From the IMG/VR virus record IMGVR_UViG_3300032770_000001, positions 391,709 through 455,708 of that record: a stretch of DNA of 64,000 nucleotides. One strand, given 5' to 3'. Positions 54,722 to 63,998 of this stretch are shown here, piece after piece. Made by a program: the position numbers and the translations under genes. The notes beneath the pieces were generated by a model. The model was not told where the DNA came from. It did no database searches and saw nothing but the letters and a program-made list of their open reading frames with translations. Position 1 is the stretch's first letter; every line of letters begins with the position of its first letter.

Positions 54722-55105
54722 TTAGTCTTCCTTTGGCGGTTTCGGCAGTTCAACGAACGTCAATTTCTTATCGCTACTCTCGACTCCAGAAAACTGATAG
54801 TCGGAATCGCCAGACCCAGCAATCGTTTCTTGCACAGCACGCTTGCCAGCCGCCTCACGAACCTTGTTGCGCTCTTCTCTACGTTCGTAAATACGGTCCC
54901 AGCGTTTGGCTGCTGCCTGTCCGATCTTCACGTCGTCGGACGCATTCGACATGCCGCCTGTCAGGACGGCTGCGGCGGTGATGCGGTGAACCGCAACGCC
55001 CCCACACTTTAAGCATTCTCGATCTTCGAATGTTGCCGAACCTATCGGCTGAACAATGTCGCGGATCGCCCCGCACTTCTCACATTTGAATTCGTAAACT
55101 GCCAT
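54722..55105 (-). CDS. FmdB-family Zn-ribbon protein
   Basis: MAVYEFKCEKCG...CLKCGG; GGAGG RBS. Confidence 0.8.
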   Translation of the reverse strand: MAVYEFKCEKCGAIRDIVQPIGSATFEDRECLKCGGVAVHRITAAAVLTGGMSNASDDVKIGQAAAKRWDRIYERREERNKVREAAGKRAVQETIAGSGDSDYQFSGVESSDKKLTFVELPKPPKED

Positions 55106-55173
55106 TGAATTCCTCCAAATATGTCGTTCTAATTAGTGGTTACGGAAGATGGTTTCTCGCGTTTGCCTGTAAG

Positions 55174-56913
55174 CTAGACATACGCCGGAATAAATCGAGA
55201 CGCCCCGAACGCGGTCATGCGCGGGGTGTTTTCAATGCGGCTGGTAGTACCCGTCACAGTCGCCATTTGGGAAATTTCAAAGCTCAACAGCCGTGTAACC
55301 AATGGTTTATAGACCTTCCAGTCGGCTGCCGCCGTGCACGACACGTCGTAGACGTAGTTGGTCGCGGTGCCGGAGGGGTCACGCATCTCGCCTCGGAAGT
55401 CGCGGGTCATCTCATAGATGGTCAGACCATCAGCCTCGACATCCTTGCGGCTGGTGATGAGCAAATACTGCTTGACCATCTCGGACATCTCCGAAGATGT
55501 CTGTAAGTCATTGGATTTGAACTCCAAAGTGAATGTCAGGTTCTCTTTGGTGCCGTAAACCGCGTGCGTTTCGGTCATCGTCGGGCTGATGAGGATCGCC
55601 GCCTGATCGCCGACGAAGACGTTGTCGCCGATTGCCAGCCAAAGGCCGGGGAAGACGTACTGATGTTGACCAGTGCTGGTTAACATAGGATCGCCAGCGT
55701 TGACCTGCACCTGCGCAGGCGGCGGGGCTCCCACCGGAAGCGGCTGGGGTGGGACCGGGGTCTCGAACTTGATCGAATTCGGATCGACAATCGTTAAGCT
55801 ATTGACTTCGTACTTTTTAGCCTTCGCCTTAAATTGTCCGGCGTCGATACGGAAGCTCCAGTAGGCGTTATCACCCGGCTGCAAAAGCTGGGGGATGGTC
55901 ACAGTCCCATCTGGATTCGGCGTCACCGCCGTGTAAGTGCCGCCAGAAGTCTGGATGACGACCTGATTGGGGGCGAGCGTCTGGCTCCCCGGCTGCAATC
56001 CGATATTCAGGACGTTCTCCGGGTTGGTTGCATTGCCAGTCAGGGGGCTAACTTTGACTACCAAGTTCGCTGTGACTGTGGTTCCGGGCGGCGTCCACTG
56101 GGAACTGTGAACCCATTGCGGTCCGCCGTAGAACGTATAATCAATGTTGGGACGCCATACGTAGCCAGTCTGATCTACCAGTTCCATCGTCACGTACTGC
56201 TCTGGAATGTTGAACAGGACTTGTCCGGAAATGTTGGTCGCAACCACGACGCTGAGGTTGCGCTGATACCAATAGTCGGTCTCGCGTGCGAGCGGCATAC
56301 CGTTCGCAAAGTACAGAACAAGGTTGGTGACCGGGGTCAGAAGGATGATCGTGCCGCCGAATGATGAATTCAATGCGGTAAACTGCACGAGTTCACCAGT
56401 CTCGCCATCACGGGCGATGATCGTATTCAAATCGACCTGCTGCGATGTGCCGGGATCGATCAGGCCCTGTTTGAAATAAACGATGGAACCGACAGCGTTT
56501 TTGTAGTTGCCTTCCGCCCACGTGTACTTCTGCACTGTCAGGCCGATGTCGCGGGTACGCTCATCCACAAAATCGACGTTCATGTAGTAAACGCCGGGTT
56601 GCGGGGTCTTGTGGGTGGGATCGACTTCTTTGATCCATTCCACGAACAGGCCATCCTTATCCGCGACCTTCGCGAGGATGGCGCGGCCAATTTGCGTGCA
56701 CATGAAATAGTCGGGTGAGAAACGGTTGCCGGACGTAGTGACACTTTTAACGATGACCTGCACGTCCTTCCAGCGAAGGGCGGTGGTCGGGTTCGAATTC
56801 ATTGGGTACGTCACGTCGCCCAATGCGTTCCGAAACCGGGGATTCTTGTAGATAACGTCCCGGATGATGCGCATTAGGTAAGCGACGAGATTGGCCCCAG
56901 TTAAATCGATCAT
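55174..56913 (-). CDS. Putative tail completion/terminator protein
   Basis: 579 aa between neck genes and sheath; C-terminal LTFTLEFKSNDLQTSSEMSEMV pattern. Function inferred from synteny. Confidence 0.6.
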   Translation of the reverse strand: MIDLTGANLVAYLMRIIRDVIYKNPRFRNALGDVTYPMNSNPTTALRWKDVQVIVKSVTTSGNRFSPDYFMCTQIGRAILAKVADKDGLFVEWIKEVDPTHKTPQPGVYYMNVDFVDERTRDIGLTVQKYTWAEGNYKNAVGSIVYFKQGLIDPGTSQQVDLNTIIARDGETGELVQFTALNSSFGGTIILLTPVTNLVLYFANGMPLARETDYWYQRNLSVVVATNISGQVLFNIPEQYVTMELVDQTGYVWRPNIDYTFYGGPQWVHSSQWTPPGTTVTANLVVKVSPLTGNATNPENVLNIGLQPGSQTLAPNQVVIQTSGGTYTAVTPNPDGTVTIPQLLQPGDNAYWSFRIDAGQFKAKAKKYEVNSLTIVDPNSIKFETPVPPQPLPVGAPPPAQVQVNAGDPMLTSTGQHQYVFPGLWLAIGDNVFVGDQAAILISPTMTETHAVYGTKENLTFTLEFKSNDLQTSSEMSEMVKQYLLITSRKDVEADGLTIYEMTRDFRGEMRDPSGTATNYVYDVSCTAAADWKVYKPLVTRLLSFEISQMATVTGTTSRIENTPRMTAFGASRFIPAYV

Positions 56914-56914
56914 T

Positions 56915-57490
56915 TTAAGCCCTCCCCGCCCAATGAGCTTTTACAGCCTCACGAATTCGATTTCGAGTTTCAAGACTGCGTTTCTTACCTCGATGGCTTT
57001 GTCCACCTTTACGACAACCCTCTAATCCTTGACCTATATGAGTCTTCCCGAAGAAACCGTTTCGTTCACCGGATGTCGCTCTACTTCTCTTTTCATTAGA
57101 CTCCGGACTATTTTTCGTTCCTAAACGTAGAGCCCGAAGTTTAGCTTTGACTTGATCCGTGTGGGTTTTTTCCCACATAGGATTCAATTCACCCGGAGCC
57201 GCACCATCACCACCGAGGGTAAGGTTGTAACCATTTTCAGGTTTATGGGATTGGTGCAGAACGATAAAGAAGGTTTCCATCGCGTTCAACTCTTCAAAGG
57301 TCTTCGCGACGTGTAAAATCTCAGTTTTGAAAGCAGCAGCGCCGTACTTACGAATCGCGTTATGCACTGGATTAGTGCTTCCACGCTTCACTTCGGCAAG
57401 CAAATTGATCCAGCGTTCCTCAGGAGTCCGCGTTGTCTTCCCGATGTACACTTTGCCAGTCTTCGTGTTGGTTCTGCGATAAACGTACAT
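56915..57490 (-). CDS. GIY-YIG homing endonuclease with NUMOD3 repeats
   Basis: MYVY...KVYIGKT...AIRKYG...GYNLTLGGDG; late motif GCTAT-N12-TAGGG at 57498..57519. Confidence 0.9.
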   Translation of the reverse strand: MYVYRRTNTKTGKVYIGKTTRTPEERWINLLAEVKRGSTNPVHNAIRKYGAAAFKTEILHVAKTFEELNAMETFFIVLHQSHKPENGYNLTLGGDGAAPGELNPMWEKTHTDQVKAKLRALRLGTKNSPESNEKRSRATSGERNGFFGKTHIGQGLEGCRKGGQSHRGKKRSLETRNRIREAVKAHWAGRA

Positions 57491-57522
57491 CCAAAGCCCC
57501 TATTTATGCTTCAGATAGCCGT

Positions 57523-58035
57523 TTACCAGCCTCCCGAAACAGTCGGGCGAACCTGCGGAAGCGCGTCAGCGTCCGTGTTCTTGTCGTCCACAATGCGAAC
57601 CTTCAATGTGCCGTAATCGACACCCGGAGGCGGCGGTGGGACAGTTTGCTGAATTGGTTCCACCCACTGATCGATGGAGCGGCGGACATCGTAAACCGAG
57701 ACCTGTGCGTTCCAACGCGGGTACCAGCGGTTCTCGATGTGCACCATGCCCTGCCACGGATAGTCCAGAATGTTCCATTGGCTGCCGTCATGGGCTTGGA
57801 AAGTCGCACCGGGGATCATGTAGGCAAAGAAAATTTCATCGCCCTCAATCGGGGAGAGCGGATTGGGCAACTGAAGAGTGCCCGGATTCGGCTTGGTCTG
57901 CGCGAACGTCGAAATGCGAGCGTCGTCAGGGTCGCCGACCATCTTCTGAAGCTCCGGATTGGAGTTCGGAACGTCGTCTTCGACGAGGATACGGGCTGAT
58001 TTTGCCAGTGTTCCTGCTAAAACTTTTGCATCCAT
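57523..58035 (-). CDS. Hypothetical late (virion) protein
   Basis: Start MDAKVL at 58035 with GAGGG RBS and ACTTT-N12-TAGAG at 58045..58066. Confidence 0.75.
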   Translation of the reverse strand: MDAKVLAGTLAKSARILVEDDVPNSNPELQKMVGDPDDARISTFAQTKPNPGTLQLPNPLSPIEGDEIFFAYMIPGATFQAHDGSQWNILDYPWQGMVHIENRWYPRWNAQVSVYDVRRSIDQWVEPIQQTVPPPPPGVDYGTLKVRIVDDKNTDADALPQVRPTVSGGW

Positions 58036-58070
58036 AGCGTTGCCCTCTACTTTATTGTTCGAAAGTCCAT

Positions 58071-58619
58071 TTATGTCTGAATCTGTGGTCTCCATCGACC
58101 CATCGGCAATCCCTGAGCCTTCTTTTCAGCCCAAATGCGTTTCAAAGCCGCCGACGTGCTTTTACGAATTTGTTCTTTTGTTTCTTCAGGATGAGTCTTC
58201 CCGAACATCGGGTGTTTTTGACCATCCACCAACCCCTGATGGGCATTAGACATCCGCTGTCGTGTCGCCTCGGAATGCTTCTTGCCCAGCATCCCCTTCG
58301 GGTGTTCGACGTATTGATTAAACCACCCGCCCTCACCACCAACAGTCATGTTGTAACCGAAAGCCGGGTCATTGCTGCGGTATTCCGCTATGAACTGTTT
58401 TTCTAATCGATCAAGCTGAGCCGGAGAAGAAGCCTCAGCGAGAATTTCAACCTGAAACGCCGGGACCCCATACTTACGAATAGCTCGGTGAATATAGAAC
58501 GGGCTGCATTCAGTCAGAGCCGCCGCGATATGCTTTTTCCAACGATCCGCCGCACTCTTCTCGGTTTTTCCGATATAGACTTTTTCGTTCTTCAAATTCC
58601 TAATGAGATAAATGACCAT
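58071..58619 (-). CDS. GIY-YIG homing endonuclease with NUMOD3 repeats
   Basis: Start MVIYLIRN at 58619; KVYIGKT, AIRKYG, GYNMTVGGEG, GKKHSEATR. Confidence 0.9.
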   Translation of the reverse strand: MVIYLIRNLKNEKVYIGKTEKSAADRWKKHIAAALTECSPFYIHRAIRKYGVPAFQVEILAEASSPAQLDRLEKQFIAEYRSNDPAFGYNMTVGGEGGWFNQYVEHPKGMLGKKHSEATRQRMSNAHQGLVDGQKHPMFGKTHPEETKEQIRKSTSAALKRIWAEKKAQGLPMGRWRPQIQT

Positions 58620-58620
58620 G

Positions 58621-59958
58621 TTAAGTTTGTATCTTCCCAAACGTGACCGTGCGACCGATAGGAATGTGCGGATTCTCCCAGTCCTTACCCGGCACCGTGC
58701 GCGGATCGAAGATCGGCTCCCCGCTGCCTTGCCCGGTGTACGGGCTAGCCTTGCCATCCTGCGGGTCTTTGTGAACCACAGGGTTGTAAATCGTTGGCAG
58801 CCCGGTGTTAATCGGGATCAGATAACGGGTATCGCCCTCATCCAAGAGACTGGTATTGAAGCTCTGCATTAACAGAATGCCGCGAGGGTTCTTGTAGGTC
58901 ACCCCGGAAATCACCAGACGCTCGAAGTTGCGGCGAACAATAAGGTCGCCGTTCTGAACGATGGGCGTAGGACCGAGGAAGCTTCCCGAATCACGAGTCA
59001 CCTTGCGACCACCTTCGTTCAGTTCCACCTGCAAAGCGGTGTCCGGTGGGACGTAAACGAAATCGTAAGGACCGTAGTAACCGCCAACGATACCGACGCC
59101 GAAACATACCGGGCAGGCGGTGCGTGCCGAGTTGAGCCCGGTGTTGGAGCAGCCGCAAAGCTCACCACGGGTTTTGCGGAACAACAGATAGGCGGGTTCG
59201 CCCACCTGCTCAAAGAGCCAGTCGTTGCGGCGTACCATCTCTTGGTACTCCCACGTGATCTGATCGACTTCCATCGTGTTGACGATGATGCTGCCGTGCG
59301 CACCGGGCGCGTGGCATTCACCTTTGTCGCCAACCGGGACAACCGTATAGAAGGTGCGAATCAGCGAGGCGTAAACTTCGACGAAGTTTTGGAGCTTCTT
59401 GTAGACCACTTGAAAGGTCTTCACCCCGGAGTAGTCCGCCTGCCATACGACGCCGTTGGACTTGATCGGATATGCTGACGTTGAGCCGCCAAGCGGCACC
59501 GTATTGTCCATCTGCAACCAAACTTCACGGTCGAGCCCGTTGACGCGGGCCGGACGGAACGATTGCCCATCCATGATGACGGTGACATCGTTGACATCGT
59601 TACTGATGACCGGGCGTCCCTTGACTACGTCACTGTAGATGTGATCGGGCACGCGAAGCACCCAGCGTCCAACGTTGAGCGGATTGCCGAGGACATTGTC
59701 GATGACGTTGCCCTGCTCGATCCAGTCTTGCGGCTGAACCGTATAGGTCACCTGCTCCAACGAAGACATATCGCGATAGAAGTGGCCGACGTGAGGAGTC
59801 TCATTGATCTTGATCCAGTGAGTCGGGTGATCGAACGCACGGTAGATGTTGTAGCCTTTCGTGGCGGCGGGGTCATCCACCCACCACAGATCGCGGCTGC
59901 CCACATAGCTCGAATTCAGAACGATTAGTTGTTCAACCATTTTTATCCCAGCAACCAA
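58621..59958 (-). CDS. Putative neck/head-closure protein with Zn finger
   Basis: GEPAYLLFRK..GELCGC...CPVCFGVGIVGGYYGP...GDLIVR; follows the adaptor gene. True start may be MVEQL at 59940. Confidence 0.65.
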   Translation of the reverse strand: MVAGIKMVEQLIVLNSSYVGSRDLWWVDDPAATKGYNIYRAFDHPTHWIKINETPHVGHFYRDMSSLEQVTYTVQPQDWIEQGNVIDNVLGNPLNVGRWVLRVPDHIYSDVVKGRPVISNDVNDVTVIMDGQSFRPARVNGLDREVWLQMDNTVPLGGSTSAYPIKSNGVVWQADYSGVKTFQVVYKKLQNFVEVYASLIRTFYTVVPVGDKGECHAPGAHGSIIVNTMEVDQITWEYQEMVRRNDWLFEQVGEPAYLLFRKTRGELCGCSNTGLNSARTACPVCFGVGIVGGYYGPYDFVYVPPDTALQVELNEGGRKVTRDSGSFLGPTPIVQNGDLIVRRNFERLVISGVTYKNPRGILLMQSFNTSLLDEGDTRYLIPINTGLPTIYNPVVHKDPQDGKASPYTGQGSGEPIFDPRTVPGKDWENPHIPIGRTVTFGKIQT

Positions 59959-60899
59959 CGCTGCTGACGCAAGCCGACGCTGACTGGACGGTTCGCGGTC
60001 ACCAACGGTGCCATGTTGTTAAACTGTTGCATGTATGCATCGCCCAGTCCGCGATACAGGTCAGCCTTATTGATGTCCAGCGTGACGCCGTTCAATGAGT
60101 ACGCGAACTGATCGCCTGCCCAGCGGATGGCTTCGCTTGACAGACAGAGCCCAGCGGCACCGAGAGCGGCGATGTTGCCCCAGTCCTTCGGAATCGTGTC
60201 CAGCGTCCAGTTGTAAATGTTCTTCGGGTTGTACAGGTTCAGCATGGAGATCGCCTGATCCAATGCCATGAGAATCTGGGTGTCCAGCCAGATAAAGCCG
60301 ACGCGGGTGTTAAAGCCTGCGACCACGCGACCGGGGGTTGGCGGACGGAAATGATAGTTGCGATCCGGATTGGTATCCGATAGGTTCCAGCGGACGTACA
60401 TGACCGCCTTGGCGATCATCTCCGGAGTTGCGTTGCCGACGTTCACGATGGATGGCGGCACAGCGATGACGGTCGAGGGTGCCTCGAAGCCGGGGTTGGT
60501 CGGATCGACGTTCTGCACCACGAAAGTTTCCTGCACGGTGTCAATCGGGCAGTTGGTGGAGTAAAGCTGAAGGTTCCAGACCAGACGATAGACGCCCTTC
60601 CACGTGGTAGGGATCGTGATCGGCACATAGTAAGCGCCTTGGGATACACGGGTCGGCACCTGCTGAGGCAGGCTTGCCAATGTCCAGCCCTCAGGCGGGA
60701 GCGGCGGGCCGCCAGCCATGTTCTGCGGCTGGTGCAAATCCCACTCATACGCTTGATCGATCTTCATGGGGATGGTGTCAGTGATCTTGAAAATCGTGTA
60801 GTTCAACAGTGCGGGGTCGATCAGAGCCCCGTTCGCATCTCGAACAAGGATTGAGAGATTGTTCGGACCCAACGTTGTGCCTTGCGTAAACGTAACCAT
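59943..60899 (-). CDS. Putative head-tail adaptor (neck) protein
   Basis: Start MVTFTQG at 60899 (TAATG overlap); helical C-terminal domain IWLDTQILMAL...FAYSLNGVTLDINK. Confidence 0.7.
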   Translation of the reverse strand: MVTFTQGTTLGPNNLSILVRDANGALIDPALLNYTIFKITDTIPMKIDQAYEWDLHQPQNMAGGPPLPPEGWTLASLPQQVPTRVSQGAYYVPITIPTTWKGVYRLVWNLQLYSTNCPIDTVQETFVVQNVDPTNPGFEAPSTVIAVPPSIVNVGNATPEMIAKAVMYVRWNLSDTNPDRNYHFRPPTPGRVVAGFNTRVGFIWLDTQILMALDQAISMLNLYNPKNIYNWTLDTIPKDWGNIAALGAAGLCLSSEAIRWAGDQFAYSLNGVTLDINKADLYRGLGDAYMQQFNNMAPLVTANRPVSVGLRQQRWLLG

Positions 60900-61489
60900 T
60901 ATGCAACCCCCGGAAAGCGGCTTTTCTTGTGAGTTTCTACCCAATTTTTGGATGGGAGAATCTGTCGAAGGATCGGACTTAGCCGCATCATGTCCTCATA
61001 AGAGAGATAGTTATTCTTAATCCGATTGCAAACAATACATGCGACCACGCAGTTCTCCGTTGAGTACCCTTCTTCGTTGTTTTTTCTATCTAAATTTGTT
61101 CGACCATTCCCGGTCTTTCCCATGTTGTGTTTTGTCCACGAGATGGCTGAACCACAGTAATGACATTCGGACACCCTCGTGAACTGCAAGAATTCTTCAT
61201 AGGTCAGATCGACCTCAACGTCTCGTTTCTCCGAGATATGACGGAGCCTATTTAACAACCACTCATACGGACGGAGAATCTTTCCCCGTTGATGCGGAAG
61301 GATTTGCAGCATTGAATTTCGTCTCACACATTTGAGACAAAATCCTTTATGCTTTTCAAAACGTCTCGGTTCCACCCAAAACTCGTTGGGACATCCTTCA
61401 GTCGCACAACGGAAGAGGTACATATTCTTATTCTGACGCCCCTGCGGGCGTAACTCTTTTCGGAGCGCATCTGTGATTTGCAAACTCAA
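60899..61489 (-). CDS. HNH homing endonuclease
   Basis: CHYCG...LDRKNNEEGYSTENCVVACIVCNRIK; TTG start; AATTT-N12-TAGAG at 61497..61518. Confidence 0.9.
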   Translation of the reverse strand: MSLQITDALRKELRPQGRQNKNMYLFRCATEGCPNEFWVEPRRFEKHKGFCLKCVRRNSMLQILPHQRGKILRPYEWLLNRLRHISEKRDVEVDLTYEEFLQFTRVSECHYCGSAISWTKHNMGKTGNGRTNLDRKNNEEGYSTENCVVACIVCNRIKNNYLSYEDMMRLSPILRQILPSKNWVETHKKSRFPGVA

Positions 61490-61548
61490 GGTAGTCCTCT
61501 ATATATGAGTTTGAAATTGGGTATTACATAACGAGGAGGATTATTTTC

Positions 61549-61836
61549 ATGGAACGCAAAGTCGTGGATTGTGATCGCTGCGGTGCCCCGGACTCGGTCG
61601 AGCAGGGCAGATTTAAGGTTCCCGTGCATCGAGGACTCGATGCGGCAGGTTCTAACTCAACGGATTTTCAAGATATCGATCTGTGCCCCGGTTGCATGGC
61701 GGCAGAACTGAAGGCAATCATCAAGGAAATGTCGTTTGAGCAGGGGAAGGCGTTTGTAGATCGCGTCCTTAGTTCAACGGCTCATCCGAATCGGAAGACT
61801 GGGAAGGGTCTGACGGGATGGCGTAGTCTTCAGTAG
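61549..61836 (+). CDS. Small Zn-binding protein (CDRCG...DLCPGC)
   Basis: GAGGAGG RBS; gtattacat at 61521. Confidence 0.75.
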   Translation: MERKVVDCDRCGAPDSVEQGRFKVPVHRGLDAAGSNSTDFQDIDLCPGCMAAELKAIIKEMSFEQGKAFVDRVLSSTAHPNRKTGKGLTGWRSLQ

Positions 61837-62263
61837 CGATGTCCCACGGCGTCACGCCTGCCGCAACGAGGGCCTCATAGAGCTTCTGGTTTTCCGGCAA
61901 GGTGAAGTCCAACGGATAGTCGATGCCGGGGACGGGCGGCACATCTCTCCAGTGCGGTTTGACGAGTTGATCTTCGGTCACGTACTTGCCGTCCACCGGA
62001 AGTTCAGTACCGCAATAGGTGCAGCGGGGCGGCTCGAACCGCTCTTCGGGCTCCAGCTTCCAGTAGAGCACATCAAAATCACTATGCCCGTGACGCATAC
62101 AGGCGAGGCTATTCAGCACGGTACAGATCGCCTGCTTGAACCACCGGGGAAGCCATTGACCCCAGCCGGAGTCCATTCCCCATGTGACACGACCGTCCGC
62201 GTCGAAGAATAAACCCCAACCCTTTTCAAAATCGTCGTCAGTTCTGTTTAGGACGAGCCCCAT
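61769..62263 (-). CDS. Hypothetical protein (C..GH...CTYCG)
   Basis: ORF in the minus-strand operon; start uncertain. Confidence 0.6.
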   Translation of the reverse strand: MGLVLNRTDDDFEKGWGLFFDADGRVTWGMDSGWGQWLPRWFKQAICTVLNSLACMRHGHSDFDVLYWKLEPEERFEPPRCTYCGTELPVDGKYVTEDQLVKPHWRDVPPVPGIDYPLDFTLPENQKLYEALVAAGVTPWDIATEDYAIPSDPSQSSDSDEPLN

Positions 62264-62612
62264 AGACCACACGCTTTCCGTTCTTCTTGATGACCGTCAG
62301 TCCGCCGTCTTGCAGGCGTTCCATCATGCAGACGATCAACCATTGTGCTGCCACGCACGCACCTGTCGCCTTGAGGGTCGTCGGCTCAATCGTAATGGGC
62401 TCGACCTTGAATCCCTTGGGGGCGACTTTCTCGATCTTGCGCTGTGACTCAAACAGGTAGTTGATGACTTGCAATCCGCCGCGAAGATTCTTGGCGACGA
62501 TAATGTTGGTGGGATCACCCGTGGCGACGAGGGCTTTCTTCGCCTTCGAGATCATTGCACTCTGGCTCTTGGTCAACTTCGGGCCGACCATCGGAACCGT
62601 CAATTTGGACAT
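62238..62612 (-). CDS. Hypothetical basic protein
   Basis: 124 aa, GGAG RBS. Confidence 0.7.
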   Translation of the reverse strand: MSKLTVPMVGPKLTKSQSAMISKAKKALVATGDPTNIIVAKNLRGGLQVINYLFESQRKIEKVAPKGFKVEPITIEPTTLKATGACVAAQWLIVCMMERLQDGGLTVIKKNGKRVVYGARPKQN

Positions 62613-62624
62613 AGAACGCTCCAG

Positions 62625-62963
62625 TTAACCGTGTGCTTGTAGTGTATCAGCAGACAGGTTAGCTGGCAAGCGTGTGGCAAGAGCCCGGATTTTCTCGGTG
62701 ATTTCGATGATCTCCGGCACGTCGCCGTTCTCTCGAATCTTCACATCCTCATACTCAGCAGCAACGCGGCGATACATCTCCATCAGGGACATGACGAGGG
62801 TGCCGAAGGTGTTGTTGATGTTCTCGTACTTGAGCCCCGCGTCCAACAGGGAGTGCAGGGTCAGGCGGGTAATGACGTAATTAAGGTCTCCGACGTTTTC
62901 CATCACCGGAAACAGGTCTACGAGGAGAGCGTCGATTTCCTCGCGGTTACGAATGTATGGCAT
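62625..62963 (-). CDS. DUF6899-like protein
   Basis: MPYI...GDLNYVITRL...EMYRRVAAEYEDVKIRENGDV pattern, recalled from phage nucleotide-metabolism clusters. Confidence 0.7.
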   Translation of the reverse strand: MPYIRNREEIDALLVDLFPVMENVGDLNYVITRLTLHSLLDAGLKYENINNTFGTLVMSLMEMYRRVAAEYEDVKIRENGDVPEIIEITEKIRALATRLPANLSADTLQAHG

Positions 62964-62973
62964 GATACCTTCC

Positions 62974-63960
62974 TTAAGCGCAGTTTGTCTCTACCGCAGA
63001 GATGCGCATCCCATCTTCAATGGAAACCTTCTGTCCGCGATGCAATGACCCGGAACCGGACTTTTTGTGGTAGATCACGGTCGGCATTCGCTTTGAGCCA
63101 GCACCGTACACGTGCTCCACAATGTCCTCAAACGAGATCGATTCCCGCAATAACGGGATGTTCTTCCCATTAAGGTTGATGGTGATTGTCGGTAGCTCCG
63201 GTACTGGGTGCGATTCGAACATGTACAGTTCGCGCACCAGACTCCACGCAATCACGGAGTAGCCGAGCAGGTCCTTCACGGCGTCTGTTTTCGGTTCGTA
63301 GTTAGCTTCGCGACCGAGCGCACTCAATTGAGCGTACCGGGCGATCTTGTCCCACAAACGCGGGATCGTACCCTGCAACCCATGGCGGCGGTAGCTCTCA
63401 CCGTAATCATGGGTCTTAGACAGAAGCGTCTCAATGATCTTCGTAATGCGGGCCTGTACCATCGGTTTGAGGGTCATGAAACTTTCTTTGGTCGGGGCTC
63501 CCTTGATTTGCCCCTCTTCGAGCAAGCACAGGACGGCTGCCACGTAGGTCAGGAATCGAAGCTTCTTTTCCGCCAGCACCACTATGCTGACAGGCCACTC
63601 GCCAAGCGGTTTATTCCAGAAGACATTGGTGACGCCTTCGAGAATAATGAACTGGTAGACCCACTGAAGCGTAAGGAATTCACCGTTGTAATGCCCATTT
63701 GGGGGCAACCCGGCTTCGATGATCGCCGAATCGAGCGACCCGGTAACCAGTTCGCCGTTAACGATGGACTGACCGCTGAGAGAGAGCACGAGTTGCTCAC
63801 GGGTCTGGAGTTCCTCGACTATGGATTGATCGATGTCAAATATCTGAGGTAGGGTGTTCAGAGTCGCTTCCCAATCATAATCCTGAAGCACGAACAGCCC
63901 TTTGCGGACGTTTTGCCAAAATGGTGAACCTTTGAAAAGGTCGGTTGTAGACGTTCCCAT
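62974..63960 (-). CDS. Nucleotide-modification-associated (DUF1599/Nmad1-like) protein fused to a C-terminal multi-ubiquitin-like domain
   Basis: KTHDYGES...RLWDKIAR...DAVKDLLGYS; C-terminus ITINLNGK...SISFEDIV...TVIYHK...GSLHRGQKVSIEDGMRISAVET. Confidence 0.75.
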   Translation of the reverse strand: MGTSTTDLFKGSPFWQNVRKGLFVLQDYDWEATLNTLPQIFDIDQSIVEELQTREQLVLSLSGQSIVNGELVTGSLDSAIIEAGLPPNGHYNGEFLTLQWVYQFIILEGVTNVFWNKPLGEWPVSIVVLAEKKLRFLTYVAAVLCLLEEGQIKGAPTKESFMTLKPMVQARITKIIETLLSKTHDYGESYRRHGLQGTIPRLWDKIARYAQLSALGREANYEPKTDAVKDLLGYSVIAWSLVRELYMFESHPVPELPTITINLNGKNIPLLRESISFEDIVEHVYGAGSKRMPTVIYHKKSGSGSLHRGQKVSIEDGMRISAVETNCA

Positions 63961-63998
63961 GCTTATTCAATACCAACTTTCGAGTATTAAATATTGTG
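63961..63998. promoter_or_regulatory. Divergent pair of GTATT-N3-T elements
   Basis: Minus strand gtattgaat-aagc-ATG (63960); plus strand gtattaaat-att-GTG at the window edge. Confidence 0.5.

Noticed and set aside
34868-61489. Group I introns or inteins housing the endonucleases
   Set aside because: Flanking genes look complete, intergenic space is too short for intron cores, and no intein termini were seen. A covariance search would be needed to exclude this fully.
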